DNA of 64,000 nucleotides from Paramecium tetraurelia. Lineage: Eukaryota. The DNA is taken from NCBI GenBank assembly GCA_000165425.1, contig CT868219.1, positions 4,728-68,727 on the forward strand, in the 5' to 3' direction. The notes below the pieces were generated by a model. That model had not been told where the DNA came from, made no database searches, and saw nothing but the letters and a program-made list of their open reading frames with translations. Position 1 is the first letter of the stretch, and every line of letters starts with the position of its first letter. Position numbers and translations under genes: made by a program. Positions 1 to 14,101 of this stretch are shown one piece after another.

Positions 1-184
1 GATTTTTCTATTCTAATTCTTGAATAGTTGCTGTTTACTATTCGATTTATTGATTCTTTTCTTGCAAATGATGGAGACCTTATCCTATTTCAACTTTAAT
101 TATTTCTATTTCTTTTAATTTTTATTCTTCCTTTTCTTATAATTCTTATTATAATTGATGATTTTTCTATTCTAATTCTTGAAT
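1..184. repeat. 25-bp exact direct repeat (1-25 and 160-184) inside the coiled-coil CDS
   Basis: GATTTTTCTATTCTAATTCTTGAAT occurs twice, 159 nt (53 codons) apart; it encodes IQELEQKN on the minus strand. Confidence 0.8.
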
Positions 185-2162
185 TATTTCAAATTACTGT
201 TTACTTTTAAATTCTTTATAACCTTCATTTAGTATTGAGTTTTATTCTTTTTTCTCATTTAAATCAACTAATTACTTATTTGTTCTCTTAATTTATTCAT
301 CATTAAAAACTTAAGATTTTTAATCATTATTATTAAAAACAATATTTTCACATATTTATTATATTCTTTACTCAAATTGATTTTAGCTTACAATTAAATT
401 CACTATTATTACTATTATATGTTACTTTATTTTTAAGCGATTAGTTCATTTTCCATAACTTCCAGCTACTTTTCTAATTATTAAATCTCTACAATATCAT
501 CTTTTATACTAATTAATTTATAATATTTACTTAATTATTTTTAGCTTATTTCTTTTATTTGTTCATTAATTTTATTGTTTTCTTCTATAAGTTCTTCATT
601 TAAAAAGCTATATAAATTGATGTTTTTACTGCATATCCATATTTTACTTTTGCATTTCCATAATCATATCATCGTATTCTTTTTTTATTTTCATAATGTC
701 TTTATCTTTTTCCTGTTAAATTTCCACTTTTCCTAGATTTAATGATAATCGTTTTTTCTAATTAAAATTAAAATTTACTAATTAATCATTTTCAGAAGTC
801 ATTAATTTCATTTTTTATTGGTGTTTATTTTCAATTTCTTACATTCTCGATTCCAATTACTCTTATTCAGTTTAAAATTTATTTTTTTCTATAATAGATC
901 TAGGTTTTACCAGATTACAATTCTGTCAATTTTTTTTCCTATTACTTTTACTATAATGTCATTTTTTTTTCTTTAATCTTAAACACATTAATCTCAGATG
1001 ATAATGCTATAATTTAGGCTTCACATTATTTCTTTTCATTCTCAACAACCTACAATTGATTTGTTTATGCTTCAAGCTTACTCTTTAATTCAACAATCAA
1101 TTTTTCAAGCTCCTATTACTCATCATTTTCCTATTTTAATGTCTTTTTATCAGTTTAATCATCTTCGCTTTCAGTATTTTAAGATTTAACTGATGCAGCA
1201 CATTAATCTTTGAATTATTCAAGATCAAATTAACCAATATAATGACTTTAACTTCTTGAGTGTAAAGTTTCTGATCTTAAAAGAACTGTATTGCTCTTAT
1301 TTCTTGTCATATAATTGATAGTTCTTTTTTTTTCCTTTTTTATGGAATCATGTTAAGATTATTATTATTCTATAGGTGCGTATTGCTACTTATCATTTTC
1401 TTTAATAAAATCTATTTTATATTATAAAAATTTACTTTTAATTTCTTAATCCTTCAATTATATTTTATCATCTTAATCCTTTATTTTAGATATCAATTTC
1501 CCGATTTGAGCATCTTTCTAATGAATGTCGTTTTTCTATCGATTAATTTATTCCTCTAAATCTTAATTTTTTTTTCTCATCTAATTATTAATTTACTCAT
1601 TATTTTAGATAGATGTAATGCATTCCTAAAGGTTCGTAAATTATTACTTTCAATTATGCATTCTTTTTTTCAAGTTCATTTACTATTTGCGTGTATTTTA
1701 ATCTTCCATTAGATAACTCATCTTCAATACGTTAAATTTAATCAAAAAGCTTTTCGTTTTGTTCGTTTTAGTTTTCATTTACATTCTAAAGATAAATAAA
1801 TTATAACCTCTAATTCTTTAATATGTGACAAACATTATTCATACTCTTAATTCATTACCATAATCTTATGTTCATATTACGAGATTTGATCTTCATTCTC
1901 AACCTTCATTGAATTTAATCTAGAGAATAAAATATCTTGTTAAATAGAATATATACTGATCAGATGTATAACTTCTTTTATCGCCTCTTCCTTTTCTTAT
2001 ATTCCAATCATCAAGATTTAATTAACTACTTTAGTTGTATGATGTACTGTTATTTCCGTCAAACTTTGGATGGTCTTCTACCGTATTTAAAAAACTATCA
2101 GACTGCTCTTCGCTAATTTTTAGTATAATCTTGTAAATCTAATCTTCTGTCCATTCCTCCAT
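1..2162 (-). CDS. Long coiled-coil protein, 3' end runs off the window
   Basis: ATG at 2162 reads MEEWTEDQIYKIILKISEEQSD under table 6; E/K/Q-rich heptad-like sequence with short GT..AG introns. Confidence 0.7.
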
Positions 2163-2976
2163 TAATAATAAATTTAATATTATAATAATATTTCAAGCAA
2201 TATTGCTTATTACAATAAGAAAAAAAATAAAATGAATAATATTGAGTGAAAATATTTATACAAAGATGAGATACTTGAATATTATCATGATATAGATTAT
2301 AGATTATTGTATATTATAATTTCTAAATTCAAGCTTATTTTAAATGGGTACTATATTTAAGTTTATTTGTTTTGCTCTATTCAATATATATCCACCATAT
2401 TAATTGCGTAAAGAATTTGTAGCTAATATTCTATATTTTAAAGTATATGGAAACAAAGATTAAAGTATTCAATCTGAAAATATAGATTCATTTCGATCAG
2501 ACAAGTATCCATATTAATCTTTTTTGGGCATTCTCATTATAAAGATGCAGAATTTTAAGAAAAAAGTTAGGGAAACATATATATTTCTCTTATCAAATTA
2601 TAATACTTTTTGTTTATTAAATATTTTTAATTTTTGAAGATTAAGGACTTTATTTTTTCTGAGATATTTATTATATTAATAGTTCATCATTTACAAAATT
2701 TTAAGTTTGAACTAGATAAAGATTTGCCTTTAAAACAGAATCTGAATTTTCTCTTTAGTTAAGCTCATTTATTCATATTTTCATTAATTATTAAAGTTGC
2801 GTTTTTAACTTTCTATGAGAAAATAACGAAAGTAGTTTACATTATTAATTATTGGATAATTTTTAAATTTATGGAATTTTATAGAATAATTGTTATCAAG
2901 AAGTTCTACGATTTATGCATAAAGATTCTAAATTAAATTTTTATTGCTATTTAATAAAATAAAGTTTAATCAAACA

Positions 2977-4811
2977 ATGCAATAGGAATTAGCAGAGCTG
3001 AAAGGTTTGATAATGTAGACTTTGGAAGCCAATGGTTAATTGGCAAAAATAAGAGCATCGATTAGAGCTTCAGTTTTTAATGTGGTTGATTCCCACGACA
3101 ATAATGAAAAAATCTCTCCATTTTTTAGCGAAAATAAAAAAGTTCAGTCAATAAAAGAATTAGAAACAGGTAGAGAGTTGCTTGAACTTATAAAAGAATT
3201 TCTTAAATTTTATGAAATGAGTTACACAAATTCTATTTTCTCAAGGTATTCATCTATAATCAAATATTAGCGAAGCTAATCTTAGGGAAGAAATTAATAG
3301 AGATGCAATATCCAAAAGATTACAAATAAATATTGAGGACAAAAATAAACCTCTGCTTCATTTTGTATTGGTTTAAGCCTAAAAAAATTAAAAGTTGCAA
3401 TAATCATAAAGCACAAAAACATTTGGAAGTATTTTTTCAAGTCAAGAAATGCTCTCCCCTTAAAAAAGTATTTCATCTTAAATGTCCAAAAGTAAACCTT
3501 AGATTGGTGTTTCATAATAAGAATTTCTGAAGAAACAAAAGGAACAATTCAATCTATTATAGGAGTAAGAAAATAAAAAGAGATAAAAAGAAGTTTAGAA
3601 GAAGTAAAGAGAGGAACTCTAACTTCAAGAGGAAATTAAGATTTAAAAATTAAATAGACAAAAAGATGAGAATTAATTGTAGGAGGATAGGCTCAAACTT
3701 GAAAAGTAAAAATTGGAATAGATTAAAATGAATTAAGAATTACAATAAAAGAGTTTAGAAATTGAACTTCAAAGGTAAGCACAATTAAATTAGGAATCTG
3801 AATTAAAGTAATAACAATTAGACTTACAAAAAAAATTAATTGAATAATAGCAATTAGCTTAAGAAATTTAAGAAAATAAATTAAGTTAATAATTTAAAGA
3901 AAAACAATAGGAAGAGCAATAAAAATTAATAGGTATAGAGCAAAACGTTAAAGAAACTGACCTAAAATTAAATACCATTCTTTAAGAGAAAACTAAAATA
4001 TCTGATGAACTATAATTAATCAAAGAATAAATCTTGGGAGAAAAGAATAAGCTATTTCAATTGACAGAATAAATTTAATTAGAAGAAAGTAATTTACAAA
4101 AACTACAATAACAACTAATTGTTTAATAAGAAAATAAATAGAAAATTGAAAACGAATAGAATAGTCTCAAGTAAGAGGTAATAAAATTTTAAGATGAAAA
4201 AAAGACAATTTAAGATTAAATTGATCAATTAAAATAATAGTTAAAAGAAGAAGAATAAAATTTAGAGAGTTTTAAATAAAATAAAGCTTAAGAGATTTAA
4301 GGCTTAGAAGAAAAGTTCAAATAGTTTTAATTTGATAATAATGAATTAGATAAAAAGTTAGCTTAATTAAATATCCAAAAAAAAGAGTTATAGTCATAAT
4401 TAGAACAATAAAATAAATTAAAAATAGAAATTTCAGGAGAATAAGAAAAATTTGAAATTGAAAAAGGAGAAATATCGAAATAAATTTAGGAATTATAAAA
4501 GGAAATTAAAAATTTAATTGAAGGCAGAGATTATTTATTAAATTAAATAGATGATCTTAATAATAAATTGAATGTTGCAAATAATGAAATAGATTTTTAC
4601 AAGAATTAAATACTATCAGGGTAATAAGTAGAAGTGGAAAATTTTTTATCTACATTAAAATAAGTAATAGATGTTTTTATTATTTTAGGGAGGTAGCGAA
4701 GTAGAAGCAAAAGCAACAATAGACCAGAATTTAGAAACTGTGTCCGTGAATACTATATATGATGATAATCAAAAAGTAGAGTATGATTATGATGAACCGT
4801 TTGATTCTTGA
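2977..4811 (+). CDS. FOP/CEP43-OFD1 family basal-body protein (TOF-LisH N-terminus plus long coiled coil)
   Basis: MQQELAELKGLIMQTLEANGQLAKIRASIRASVF...ELLELIKEFLKFYEMSYTNSIF matches the FOP dimerisation/LisH pattern; 25-nt intron 3246-3270; TGA 4809-4811. Confidence 0.75.
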
Positions 4812-4912
4812 TATTTCAGTTAACTATTGTTATAAATATATAATCTTTCTCTATTTTAGAGGAGTTTGATAAAAAATTATCAAAAGTTTATTATATAAAT
4901 TATAATCAAATA

Positions 4913-7324
4913 ATGTCATAAATTGCATTAAAGTGGGAGATTCAGCGTTTATAAGGAACATTACCAAATAAAATTACAAATCCATGCACATTTTATGAGG
5001 ATAATTTATATTTAATAGTTGATAATTACAAATAGAATGATTTGTATAGTTTAAGTCTAATTGATTTTAAATGGCGGAGATTATACAATGGAATTCCATT
5101 TAAGGCTAGGTGACAATTGAATATGAACAATAGATATAATAGTTAATTTGTAATGAATTAAGGAAAAATATATTGTTATGGAGGAAGCATAGATATCGAG
5201 GGGACGATTTTGCTTGATGAATTTTTGGAAATTGATGTTGTACAATTGAAATTCCGTTAAATAAAAAGTGCTCCAACAGGAAGAGTTGAACACAGTATGT
5301 GCATGTATAGAGGTTAGATATTAATAATTGGGGGAAGGACTCAGAAAAAGATTTTTAATGATTGTAAAACGTACTCAATAGGAAGTGATAAGTAAAAAAA
5401 AAGTGTATTGCATTAGATGGAATTAAATAGAATTTGAGCCTGCCCATAGATTTGGCCATTAATGCACGGTTTATGAGGACACTATAATTGTAACTGGAGG
5501 AAGTGATGGATAACTAATATTAGACGATGTCTGGCTGTTAGTCGATTTAAGAACCTGGATAAGATTGGAAATAAAAAACCCCTTGCCAATATTTAGACAT
5601 TAAGCAGCATTAGCTATGAAAGAGTATTTAATAATATTTGGAGGGTGTACATTCGATGGAAAAAGATGCAACGATAATTTCTATGCTCTAAATATAGTAA
5701 CATTGAAATGGATTGAACTGCCTAAAGTAAGTAGACATCCATATCCTCGTGTACAACATACTATGCTCTGTTTGTTACATTAATCTCGAGAGGATATTTT
5801 AGTTATTGGAGGTTTAAACTATCAGGATCTCTCGATTCTTAATTTTTCTCAAGTAAATATTAAGTTTTAGATTAAGTTAAGATGGCCAACTTGGTCGATC
5901 TCTAACCTCAATCATCATTAATGAGTTATCGTAGTCATACAGTAGAGAGAGAGGAATTTTTGTAGGACATTCCATTAGAAGTTCAAAATATAGAGGAAGG
6001 AACTTCGTTTTTGGAATTAGGAAAATATTACGAGTGGAAGATTGAATCTAACCAGGAAATGTAAACATATAAATGAACATTAGGAAGTTTACTCCTAGAA
6101 CAGGTCATTCAGTAGTACAATGCTAGGAAAATCTGTTTTTATTTTGTGGATCTGATGAAACTACCATAGTAAATGATATGCATTGTTACAATATATTCAA
6201 GAAACAATGGGAATAAATAGCCCCCAAAGGAATCCTTCCCTCGCCAAGATCAGGCTGTAAAGGAGTGGCTCATTAACATGACATTTATTATTTTGGAGGA
6301 TATACTAATAGAAGAGGAGAATACTTTAATGATTTATATGTTTTCGATACAAAACTAAGATAATGGAATTAGATAAGAACAACTAGAGAAATTTAACCCA
6401 GAGTTGATATGTCACTTGTAATAAATAATGAAAAATTATATGTATTTGGAGGAGCTGATGGCAGTAATAGATTTAATGACTTGCATTGCTTTGATATCCA
6501 AAACAATTAGTGGGTTAAATTGCAAACTCATGGATAAATCCCATCCCCTAGATTTGGCCATACTGCAGAAGTATATAAAAATCAAATGTATGTTTTTGGT
6601 GGTTGGGATGGCTTTAAGACTTTAGATGAGCTTGTAAAATTATTATTAAAAATTATAGTATACTTATTCATTTGCATCCAACTATTGGTATTTAGAAAAA
6701 GTTAGGAATAAACCCCCTTCTCGTTATAGGCATAGCAGCACCATAATTGGATACAGTATTTACATATTTGGGGGAGTTGATGCAGCAATGACTCGATACA
6801 ACGATCTCTATGAGTTTAATTGTGAATTAAAAGAATGGAAATTTATAGAAACAGCTGGCAACACTCCTTCTGCAAGAACATTTCATCAATTGTGTTCATA
6901 TGAAACAAACATTTACTTAATTGGTGGGAACGATGGAACTAAAAAAAATAATGATATGTAATTTTAATATTCTTTATCATTAAAAGGTACTCAATTTAAG
7001 TATTTGATCATAGATTTAGTGACTTATCTAGTATTTCACAATTAGAAATTTAATCAACAATTGTTCCAAAAGAAAATGGCTTAATTAGTATTTTGAAAAA
7101 TTAAGTAAATGAATTAGGATAAAGATTAAGAGAGGAGTAAGAATTCAATTTGTGTTAAATTTGTTCATCTAAAGATATCAATTCTGTATATAAATGATTA
7201 TTAATATTAGGTCTTTTTGGAATGCGGCCATAGATTTTGTTGTTATGAGTGTTCAAACAAACTAGAGCTATGTAAAATATGCTTAAAAAAGCCCAGCCGG
7301 ATCATTAAAATATTTGTAGTTTGA
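4913..7324 (+). CDS. Kelch-repeat protein with C-terminal RING finger (putative E3 ligase)
   Basis: Many Kelch units (e.g. PSPRFGHTAEVYKNQMYVFGGWDG, PSARTFHQL...IYLIGGNDG); C-terminal CQIC...ECGHRFCCYECSNKLELCKIC; TGA 7322-7324. Confidence 0.85.
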
Positions 7325-7448
7325 CTTTTTAGCAGTATTTAATTTCTTCATAAAACAGTTTATTTTTATATTAAATTTTTATTGGTAAACTTTATTAAAT
7401 TATAAATGGATAAGATGATTTTGATAAATAAAATAACTTCTTGTTCTT

Positions 7449-8110
7449 ATGAATATCTAATAGAAGATTGCCTAATACTATGAAACCGTCTTATCTAAAA
7501 CTCATTTAAGATATCTTTTATATAATTATGAGAGAAATGAGGAGCTGTTGAACTCATATGATCGAATTTTATTAGCCTATTCTCTTGAAAAGTAAATTCT
7601 GAGTTGATAGCATAATTAAACAATTATTTGATAAACATCTAATCAAGGGTATTTGTAAGTAGATCAATATTCCAATGAAAATAGAGCACATTATTGCGCA
7701 CAGCTTTAAGAAACCCTGAAATATATACAGTAGATGGGCAAAATCACATGCCAGCTGATATATTAGATAGAGTCAAAACATTTTCAAAGTCTGTTTTAAT
7801 TGAAATTGGAGGAAAACTTTTGGTTTAGGATTCATTTATGAAACTTTAAGAATTTTATTATTTTAGAAATATCAAGCTTTGGCTTTGATTCCTGATCTTA
7901 ATAATTAACAAGATTCCCTGCTCAAGTCTGATTAATAAGGAAAATCAATTTTTTATCCTGAAAAACATGAGTAATATTTTAAATTTGATTCCCATTCAGA
8001 AGTTATACATTGAGAATTTATATGGTGTGCTAAATGCTAAGCTTGAATTAGAGATGTTTCTTGATAACATGTAATTTCAGTTTTGTGAAAAAATGTTGAT
8101 AATCATAACA
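7449..8110 (+). pseudogene. GPI: Decayed glucose-6-phosphate isomerase pseudogene
   Basis: Collinear PGI-like peptides across different frames: MNIQQKIAQYYETVLSKTHLRYLL, SNENRA/TALRNPEIYTVDGQNHMP, IEIGG/GLGFIYETLR, ALIP/LTRFPAQV, EVIH*EFIWCAK. Several frameshifts, in-frame TGAs and large deletions. Confidence 0.75.
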
Positions 8111-8455
8111 ATAGAGATATTACAAGGTTAAATACTAGTAGCACAACTATATATTCTACAAGCCCCTAACAGCATTCTAGGGTAAATAATGATTACGATA
8201 AATAAATATTCATATCAAACATGAGAATTTTAATTACTCTAATATTTAAATTAAAAAATCTATCTATTTTGAATAAATTTCCCATTCGTTTTTATGTTTT
8301 ATCTTTAAAATACAATAGTAACTTATCTCTAGAAAATTCTAATAGTCTTATGTTAAATTAATTATTTTCTTCATAAATACTATGTTTTTACTACGATTAC
8401 ATATTGATTATAAATAGATAAAAGTGATAATTATTAATATTGATTTAACCTTTGA

Positions 8456-11400
8456 ATGGGATACCTATTGATTGATGTCTTAAGTGAAATTGCTTTTTAC
8501 AAAAGTCCTTCATAGTTATCAGATAGATATTTTAAAGTTCAACTTTTAATTTGTTCATTATAATTTTTAGCGCTATTATTTCCAAATGATGGGTGGAATT
8601 ATTGGAATTATGACTATGATCCAGTATTTAAATACTTTAAATAAGTGATAAATTGCTTATTAATTCTGCCTATTTAGCATGAACAAAAAATCATCCATTC
8701 ATTAATTGCGAGTGCATTTTTTGCATTTCAGTCAGCAATTATTATATTTATTTCTATTTTAACAATATTCAGAAAGATTTCATCAAATACCGAATTTACT
8801 AATGGTATATTACACTTTATGTTAAGAGTTGTAAATTTTTATTTTCTTCACATAAATTTTTCAATAGGCAATTTATTCCTTTTGTATTATGGAAATGGGA
8901 TATTTTGTGCAAAGTTCAACTCATTTTAGGATGGAAAATGTTCCCAACATTCATTATTTTTTATTGGTTTAGCCGGATCGATATTGACTATATTGTCATA
9001 ATACATTGGTGTTTATCTTTTTAGATCCTTCTCATTTAGACCCTTTTCAATATTGCAGAGTAAATATTCATTTAATTAAATGCTATATGTTTTTATAAGA
9101 GCAATAATGTTTGCAGTTTATTTACTTGAAACAACAAGTTTTAATGTGTACCTGTTTTTTATTCTCATAAATTGTTTAATCTTACTATAAATGATTGAGA
9201 GCTTTTTCCTAAACGCCTTTTATCCTCCAAACAATGAATTTAATTTCAAATTATACTTTATACTATTCTCTATATCAATCCTAATCACATTAAATGTGTT
9301 ATCAGAGAATACAATATTGCAATAAAATATGATACTTGAAAGTGTGATGTTAGCGGCATCCTTTGCATTTTATTTTTCTGAAGTTCTTTTTGAAAGGAAA
9401 ATATATCACCAATCTCAGTATAAGCTTCTATCCTCAAGTAGAACAATTGATATTATCTAAAGGATTTATGAATTATCTCAAGATATCAAAAAGACTGTGA
9501 GGTAGAAAAAAATGTTTTATTATTATGCCTATTTAGTAAATCACATATCAGGTGACAAACACATAGACAATAGCTTTTTCTAAGATATGTCATCAAGGAA
9601 GTTTATTATTTAATTTTTGTAAAGACAGTTGAAATTAGCCAAATAAAATGGTAAAGTAGCTTTTGAAGATATGTAACTAATATACACCAACTTTCTGTCT
9701 CATTATTGCAAGAAACCATTACTTAGTTTAGTTGAGTTTAGAAAGTACGATATTTTTTATCAATAACAATAATCCTACTACTTTAAATTTATGAAGAAGC
9801 AAATCAATAACAATTTACAGCAGACTGTTCAAAAACAGCAATAAGCCAATGTTTTTTAGTCCCAAAATAGAGAATAAGAAAAATAGTCCTTGGATATTGT
9901 TCATATTAGTAAATCAATAGTTTTTGAAGAACTCTACATTCCTAACATTATTAAGTTAATGGATGCTAAAATCTACTTTTGGGAATAATTAATCAAAGGG
10001 TACAATACAATTTAAGAATTTTAAAATGAGGCAATTAATTTAAGTAAGAAGGTGCAATAACTTTAAAGAGAGTTATTGTCCAAATTATCCTTTGATATTG
10101 AAAACATAGGGCATTTAGGAACTAATTGTAATGTATTAGAATTAAAAATTGCGTCTATTTTTTACAGTTCCATAATGAATGACTATTACAATTCAGCTTA
10201 ATGTGAATTTTTAATATAAGAAATATTCAATATTGAACATACATTATCTTCAGATGTTATCACAAATTTTACATTAGTTGAAGACAAAGTAGCCTTAATA
10301 ATGTTAAGCTTAGTCAGGAATTTAGGTTAGATTATTAATTAAGATAAAAGAGGTTTATCTCAATATTTTGGCTATGATGATAAAGAATTCTAACAAATAT
10401 AATATATTAATTAATTAATGCCTCCCTTTTTATCTGCAATACATGACAATTTATTAGAAGATTATTTGCAATAAGCAAAGTCAAAGCTATTTTAATCTTA
10501 TAATGTTGTATTTAGTTCTGACAAATTTGGTTATTTGGTAGCATAACAATTAAAAATTGACAATAATTTTCTAATTTTAGATGATTATGTGATAATGGGT
10601 TGTCTGTCCTAAGTTAAACGAGGAATAGATTTTGTAATTTTTGGGGATGATGGTAAAATATGGGGTAGCACCTAAAATTTCTTTTAAACCTACTTTTAAA
10701 ATTCAAATGAAAAATTTACTTTATAAAGATTAACTAATCAATGCTATATTTATATGTTTCTTCCACAATTAATTAAGATCATTGATTCATACAAAAATTA
10801 ACTAGTGAAATCAGATTATGAAGGGTTATTAATTGAAGATTCTTGTATATTTATGGTTCGAGATAATATAATAGAATTAATTTAGCATTTTTAATCACTA
10901 AGTATATGTATGCCAAAAAGCAGTCATTTTGAAAAATCGATCATTCAAAAAAAGGCTTAATTGTCTGAAGGATCATTATCAAAAAAGATCGGAACTATCT
11001 CTATTTAATAAAATGATTTATAAGAAAAAGAGTAAGATCATCTAGTTTAGATTGAATCAAATAGAAAATAATCTGAAGAATCTATCAAGCCTGGTTAATA
11101 CAATGGTATACCTTTATTAAATAAACAATATTAAAACGAAATCTAATAATATTTAGAAAGCATAGAAGTATGAATATATTTATATACCTATAAGGAAAAA
11201 CCTGCCGAGAAATTTCTGATCAAGTTTTCTCTTAATTTAAAAAATATTGGTAAAGAAGACTATCACAGGTCATATTTCATATTGGAAATCTTAGATGTAA
11301 GGAAGAAAGATCTAATAGGAAAATCAGTCTCTGAAAATTAAAATCAATAAACCAATGATAGTAAATTCTATTCACTTTAAAATAATAATCATAGTAATTA

Positions 11401-14006
11401 TATTTTAAATACTAGACACAACATAGGAGGAAGAACAAACCAAAGCAAATGTCTCTGGGTTTGTTTAATCGGAATAACCATATTCTGAGATTGTGCCAGT
11501 AAATAAAGACATTGGCTGTGGGGTAACTGATCTCTTGGAAAGGATGGGACCCTCGAAAAAGCAAAAATAAGATCAAGATTTTGGTTTATTCAATTTAGAT
11601 TCGGCTAGAGATAGTATGAGTTATGGTCCATTATCATAAAGAGCTCATTTTATTAATCCAAATTAGAAGGAGGGAGAATTAGAAGAGATTGTAAAATTGG
11701 ATTAGGATTTTAATGTCTTGGGAATTTAACTAAACAGTGCTAGTGCCATTATGTAAAAGGAAAAAAACATATAATATGAACCTGATGAGGAATTTGATAT
11801 CGATGAATCACTTAAATAATAAAAATAGTAAATTGGTAAATCAAGTAGTGACAATGAGAAGGATAAAAAAAATGACATTTTAGAAATAATGAAGAAAAAT
11901 AAACTAAAGGGAAAGAACCATGAAGAAGAAGATGTGGAAGCTTTAAAATCTAAATCAAGTATGACATCAGCAACTTCTGGGAACTCTGCTATCTAAATTA
12001 TTAAAAAGTTTTAAAGCACTACTCATCTTACTTAAGGACTTAAATTTATATCTATCTCTAGTCTAACTGTTTTTATTATAATAATCATCTTGATAACAGT
12101 CCATCTAGTACTCATAACCATTAGTAATTAGGATACATCTTTGACTATTAATGATATTAATGGTCCATTTATATTAAACAGAAGTTATTTGGAAGCTATT
12201 TCATTTACATGGAGTTTAATTGTGGGAACTTTAGATATTATTGATACTAGTTAATTTATGAAGGAATAAACATTTAGTGATTTATATAACACTACGACCG
12301 ATTTATATGATGAAATAAATAATATGTATTTGGGATTTATTTAAGTAGAGGAAAAAGGTATGTTATCTTTACAAAAATTCACTTTTTTAAAGGGAGAAAC
12401 AGAGGAAGTGAAGTTTCCTTATTTTATTAATTTAATTGAAGGAACCTTGGATAGAGTTGTAAAAATAGTATAAATTGAGATAAAAGACTTTCCTACAATA
12501 TTAACTAGGGAATATTTGGATTAATTATTTTTATTAAGATATAATCTAAATCAAATCTACTTAATGTCTTCAGAGTTAATTGACTCTTTGAATGTTGTTT
12601 TTTTGTCTTAAACTAATGATAGGGTTGATGAAATGTAGACCTAAGTTATTATTGAAATAATTTGCATAGGTATCATTTTATTAGTTGAGCTATATTTTTG
12701 GAAACAAATACAAAATTATAGTTAGTAATTAATGCTTTTGACTGGAAGACTTTAAGAAAGTGATGCAAATGAATCTATAGCAAGAGCGTCTTTGGTCAAA
12801 GAAACATTAACATAATAAAGTGGGAAATACAGTTGGAAGAAATAAAACTATTATGCCTTAAATTATTAATCTCTTAACACATTAAACTTCGAATTATTGA
12901 ATTAATAGTCTAGAATTATCAAAGACTTAGCTTTAAAAAATCATTTTGATGTAAATTAAAATAAGAATAAGAATCATCAATAAGAAAATAATATTAAAAA
13001 GTCATAATCCTAAAAGAGAAATATTAATGTCGTCTTAAGTTCAAGAATATATAATACACAAATAAGTTTGATATCTTATACTGTTATGCTGCTCATTGTA
13101 TTTATAATAATAGCCCTAATGTTTTTTGGAGGATTTCTACTTTTTTCCTAATAAATTTCAGATTTGGGTCCTTCTTAGGCCCTTACTGGAAATTATATTA
13201 AGTTTACTTAAAAGTTAGACACTCTGATGGCATGTGCCTAAATACTAAAGACTTAGCAGCTAGTGTATGATGCATTAATAAAGATGAATGTATATGATAA
13301 CTCAACTATAAATTCATTCTTATAAACAAATGATATTGTTGAATTATTCAGTGATTTAAGTAAGATTTATTCCGAAAATTTAACCTCTATCTATGAGAGT
13401 ATTTTATAATCAAACAAAATCAAGGATGAGGATAAACAATTATTATTTACACTTTATCAAGATGATTTTTGTGCAGAACTTAGTGATGAAATTCCTATGT
13501 GCAATATAGAAGAATTTGGAATTGATAAGTTTACTTAAACTTTCGGATCACCTATTTTGCCTTAGGATGATAATAAGGAGTATGTTAATAAAGGTATTGT
13601 TGGAGTAATAAGCAGACTGGATACGTTATTCAGTTAATTTTTTGATTATGAAATTGAGTATAAGTAATTTTAGCCAGATACTGAATTGTGTAGAGAATAA
13701 ATAGACATGAAAGAGTTCAGAAATGCAGTATTTGCTCACTTTTTAGATACTAATGATGGTACGAACACCTTTTTGGATATCATTTATATTAGTATTTATG
13801 GGATATTGGATGAAAATCTGAGTTATATATATCTGTATTATGGTGTAGTTGGAGTATTAGTTGGACTGTCATATGCAATATATTATATTGTTATAATAAT
13901 TAAAACTAATAATAAGTTAATTAGAACGAGATTGGCTTTAATTACACTACCCATTTCAATTTTAACAGAGTAACACACAATATCAATGTTAAAAAGATTA
14001 AATTGA
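8456..14006 (+). CDS. Large multi-pass membrane protein with PAS-like domain (expanded ciliate family)
   Basis: MGYLLIDVLSEIAFYK start; N-terminal TM block; PAS-like INQLMPPFLSAIHDNLLEDYL...DKFGYLV; further TM pairs; TGA 14004-14006. Confidence 0.75.
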
Positions 14007-14101
14007 ATATTTATAATTTATTTATTAACTGTTTCACCATGCTCTTACATCCAATTAGATAATTTAATCAATTATATAAAAAATTAAATAAACATTAAAA
14101 T

